64,000 nucleotides of DNA from Longimicrobiales bacterium (lineage in GTDB: Bacteria > Gemmatimonadota > Gemmatimonadetes > Longimicrobiales > Gaopeijiaceae): the NCBI GenBank assembly GCA_965238005.1, contig OZ250165.1:3488001-3552000 (forward strand), given 5' to 3'. The notes beneath the pieces are model-generated. The model had not been told where the DNA came from and did not search any database. It saw only the letters and a list, made by a program, of their open reading frames with translations. Shown here one piece after another: positions 61,865 through 64,000 of the stretch. A program made the position numbers and the translations under genes. The first letter of the stretch is position 1. Every line of letters begins with the position of its first letter.

Positions 61865-63454
61865 TCAGCCCCTCCCGTCTCTGAGGATCTCCCGGGCCGC
61901 GTTGTGTCCGGGGAATCCAGTAACTCCGCCTCCGGGGTGCGTACCCGCACCACAGAGGTAGAGACCCCCGATGGGCGTGCGATAGCGGGCGAACCCGGGA
62001 ACCGGGCGCATGAAGAACAGCTGATCCAGCGTGTGCTCTCCATGGTAGATGTTCCCTTCGGAGAGCCCGTAGGTCTCCTCCAGATCCAACGGAGTCAGCA
62101 CCTGTCGGTGGAGGATGGCCGACTCCAGGTTGGGCGCGTATTCAGACAGCGTCCCCACGACGGCGTCCCCGAGCCGCTCTCGGGCGGCGGCGTCCCACTC
62201 GCCCTCTTTGAGCCGGTAGGGCGCATACTGGGCCACGATGGACATGACGTGCTTCCCCGACTCGGCCACGTCCGGGTCGGTCACGGAAGGGATGGACACC
62301 TCCAGGTAGGGGCGTCGGGAAGCTGCTCCGTACTTCGCGTCATCGTACGCCCGCTCCAGGTACTCCAGGCTGGGACTGATGGAGATGACGCCATTCAGAT
62401 GCGGGCCGCCCTCCGGGACCCCGGCAAAGCGGGGCAGCTCCGCCAGCACCAGATGAACCTTGGCGCAGGCGCCCTTGAACCGGATGTTCTTCACCTTGCG
62501 AACGAGCTCCGGCTCGAGCTCCGTCGGCCCCACGAGGTCGAAGAACGTCCGGCGGGGATCGGCGTTGGAGACGACGCGGGCCGCCCGGAATTCCTCACCG
62601 CTGGAGAGAGCCACGCCCGTGGCCCGGCCGTCCTTCACGATCACGCGCTCGACGGGCTGGCTCGTCCTTATGTCGACGCCGTGTCCTCGGGCCGCTGCCG
62701 CCAGAGCTCTGGTCAGCTCGCCCACACCACCCCTCACCCGAGTGGTCGGCCGGAGAACGCCGTCCCCGGCCCCGACGTGGTGGTGCAGGAGCGCGTATAC
62801 CGTTCCAGCGGCCATGGGACCCTGGAACATCCCGGCTATGCCGGCGGCAGCCAGGGTCCCCTTGAGGACGTTGCTCTCGAACCAGTCCCCCAGGAGCTCG
62901 GACACGGCCATGGGGAGGATCCGCATGACCTCGACCATGTCCTTCTTGCCCAGCCGCCGAAGGCCGGCACCCAGCTTCAGAACGGACCAGAGATCCCGTA
63001 GGTCGTTGCCGGTCACATTGGGGGGCGTGGCGGACCAGGCGGCCTGGAGAACCGCTGCCGCCTTGCCGATCAGCTCACTGAAAGTGATCCAAGCCTCGGC
63101 GTCCGCCGGTGAGATCTCGCGCACGGCTTCCACGGTCCGCTTCGGGTCCCGCCAAAGCAGGAGATGTCGTCCGTCGGGGGCCGGAGCAAAGACGGTGGGA
63201 TCGGCCTGGACGACCTCCAGGCCGTGGCGCTTCAGATCAAGATCCCGGACCACCGCCGGATGGAGCCCACCGATTCGGTGCGCGGCCGTGTCGAACTTGA
63301 ATCCTGGAAACACCTGCTCGGTGACGGCGGCTCCGCCGATCACCTCCCACCGCTCCAGAACCAGCACCTTGAGGCCGGCCCTGCCCAGGTACGCGGCCGT
63401 CACGAGGCCGTTGTGGCCCGCGCCGATGACGATGGCGTCGTACGGGCCCGTCAT
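61865..63454 (-). CDS. Phytoene-dehydrogenase-like NAD(P)/FAD oxidoreductase
   Basis: IGAGHNGL, GGAAVTE, GNIYHGE, LCGAGTHPGGGVTG. Confidence 0.9.
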   Translation of the reverse strand: MTGPYDAIVIGAGHNGLVTAAYLGRAGLKVLVLERWEVIGGAAVTEQVFPGFKFDTAAHRIGGLHPAVVRDLDLKRHGLEVVQADPTVFAPAPDGRHLLLWRDPKRTVEAVREISPADAEAWITFSELIGKAAAVLQAAWSATPPNVTGNDLRDLWSVLKLGAGLRRLGKKDMVEVMRILPMAVSELLGDWFESNVLKGTLAAAGIAGMFQGPMAAGTVYALLHHHVGAGDGVLRPTTRVRGGVGELTRALAAAARGHGVDIRTSQPVERVIVKDGRATGVALSSGEEFRAARVVSNADPRRTFFDLVGPTELEPELVRKVKNIRFKGACAKVHLVLAELPRFAGVPEGGPHLNGVISISPSLEYLERAYDDAKYGAASRRPYLEVSIPSVTDPDVAESGKHVMSIVAQYAPYRLKEGEWDAAARERLGDAVVGTLSEYAPNLESAILHRQVLTPLDLEETYGLSEGNIYHGEHTLDQLFFMRPVPGFARYRTPIGGLYLCGAGTHPGGGVTGFPGHNAAREILRDGRG

Positions 63455-64000
63455 CGCGGCCGATCCTGGAGGATCTTCAACGCGGCCAGCCTGCCGGACG
63501 CGCCCGTGATACCCCCGCCGGGATGGGTGCCCGACCCACACTGGTAGTAGTTCCTGACGGGTGTGGTGAAGTCGGCCCACCCCGCCGCGGGGCGCAGACA
63601 GAAGAGCTGATGGAGCGTCAGCTCCCCATGGAAGATGTTGCCCTCGGTCAGCCCCATCTCGCGGTCGATATCCCACGGGGTCAGCACCTGTCGATGCAGG
63701 ATCGCCCCGGGGAGGTTTGGCGCGTACTGGGCCAGCGTGTCGACGACGGCGTCCCCGAACGCCTCACGCTTGGTCGCGTCCCAGCCTCCGTCGAGATCCG
63801 ACGGAGCGTACTGGACGAAGATGGACATGACGTGCTTCCCCGGAGGTGCCATGCCCGGATCGATCATGGAGGGCAGGATGATGTCCATGTAGGGCCGCCT
63901 CGAGAACCCTCCGTACTTGGCGTCGTCGTACGCCCGCTCCAGGTAATCCACGCTGGGGCTGATGGAGATGGCGCCGCGCAGGTGGGGCCCAACGCCGGGG
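63451..64000 (-). CDS. Second phytoene-dehydrogenase-like oxidoreductase (3' part only)
   Basis: YLERAYDDAKYG, GNIFHGE, CGSGTHPGGGITG; ATGA overlap with the downstream paralogue. Confidence 0.88.
   Translation of the reverse strand, partial: PGVGPHLRGAISISPSVDYLERAYDDAKYGGFSRRPYMDIILPSMIDPGMAPPGKHVMSIFVQYAPSDLDGGWDATKREAFGDAVVDTLAQYAPNLPGAILHRQVLTPWDIDREMGLTEGNIFHGELTLHQLFCLRPAAGWADFTTPVRNYYQCGSGTHPGGGITGASGRLAALKILQDRPR

Overview
GC-rich bacterial window (visually about 67% GC). The gene mix (choice-of-anchor B proteins, an ADOP permease remnant, a Bat/MoxR operon, many lipoprotein and Tat signals) suggests a Gemmatimonadota-like organism; that is inference only. Content: a selenocysteine formate dehydrogenase operon (fdnGHI), thrA*BC, a redoxin gene followed by a hidden UGSC-motif selenoprotein, a SAM-I riboswitch upstream of hom-metX-metB, moxR-DUF58-batABCDE, a K+ channel, a DmdA/GcvT-like demethylase, a DAACS symporter with a PLP enzyme, an intact IS1182, merB with a csoR-like gene, a sigma-54 two-component system, a beta-barrel gene behind a DtxR-like box, ppk2, Tat enzymes, a cytochrome c/beta-propeller gene facing a cupredoxin-like gene, a CocE hydrolase and two phytoene-dehydrogenase-like genes. 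Most notable: (1) two in-frame UGA codons share an identically spaced, covarying SECIS hairpin, which joins two split ORFs into one selenoprotein; (2) a ~155-bp palindrome-rich element occurs twice, once upstream of a collapsed ISCR/IS91 transposase; (3) a 4-bp duplication fuses batC to batD; (4) many genes are collapsed by internal deletions or carry micro-duplications. No rRNA, tRNA or CRISPR array was seen.
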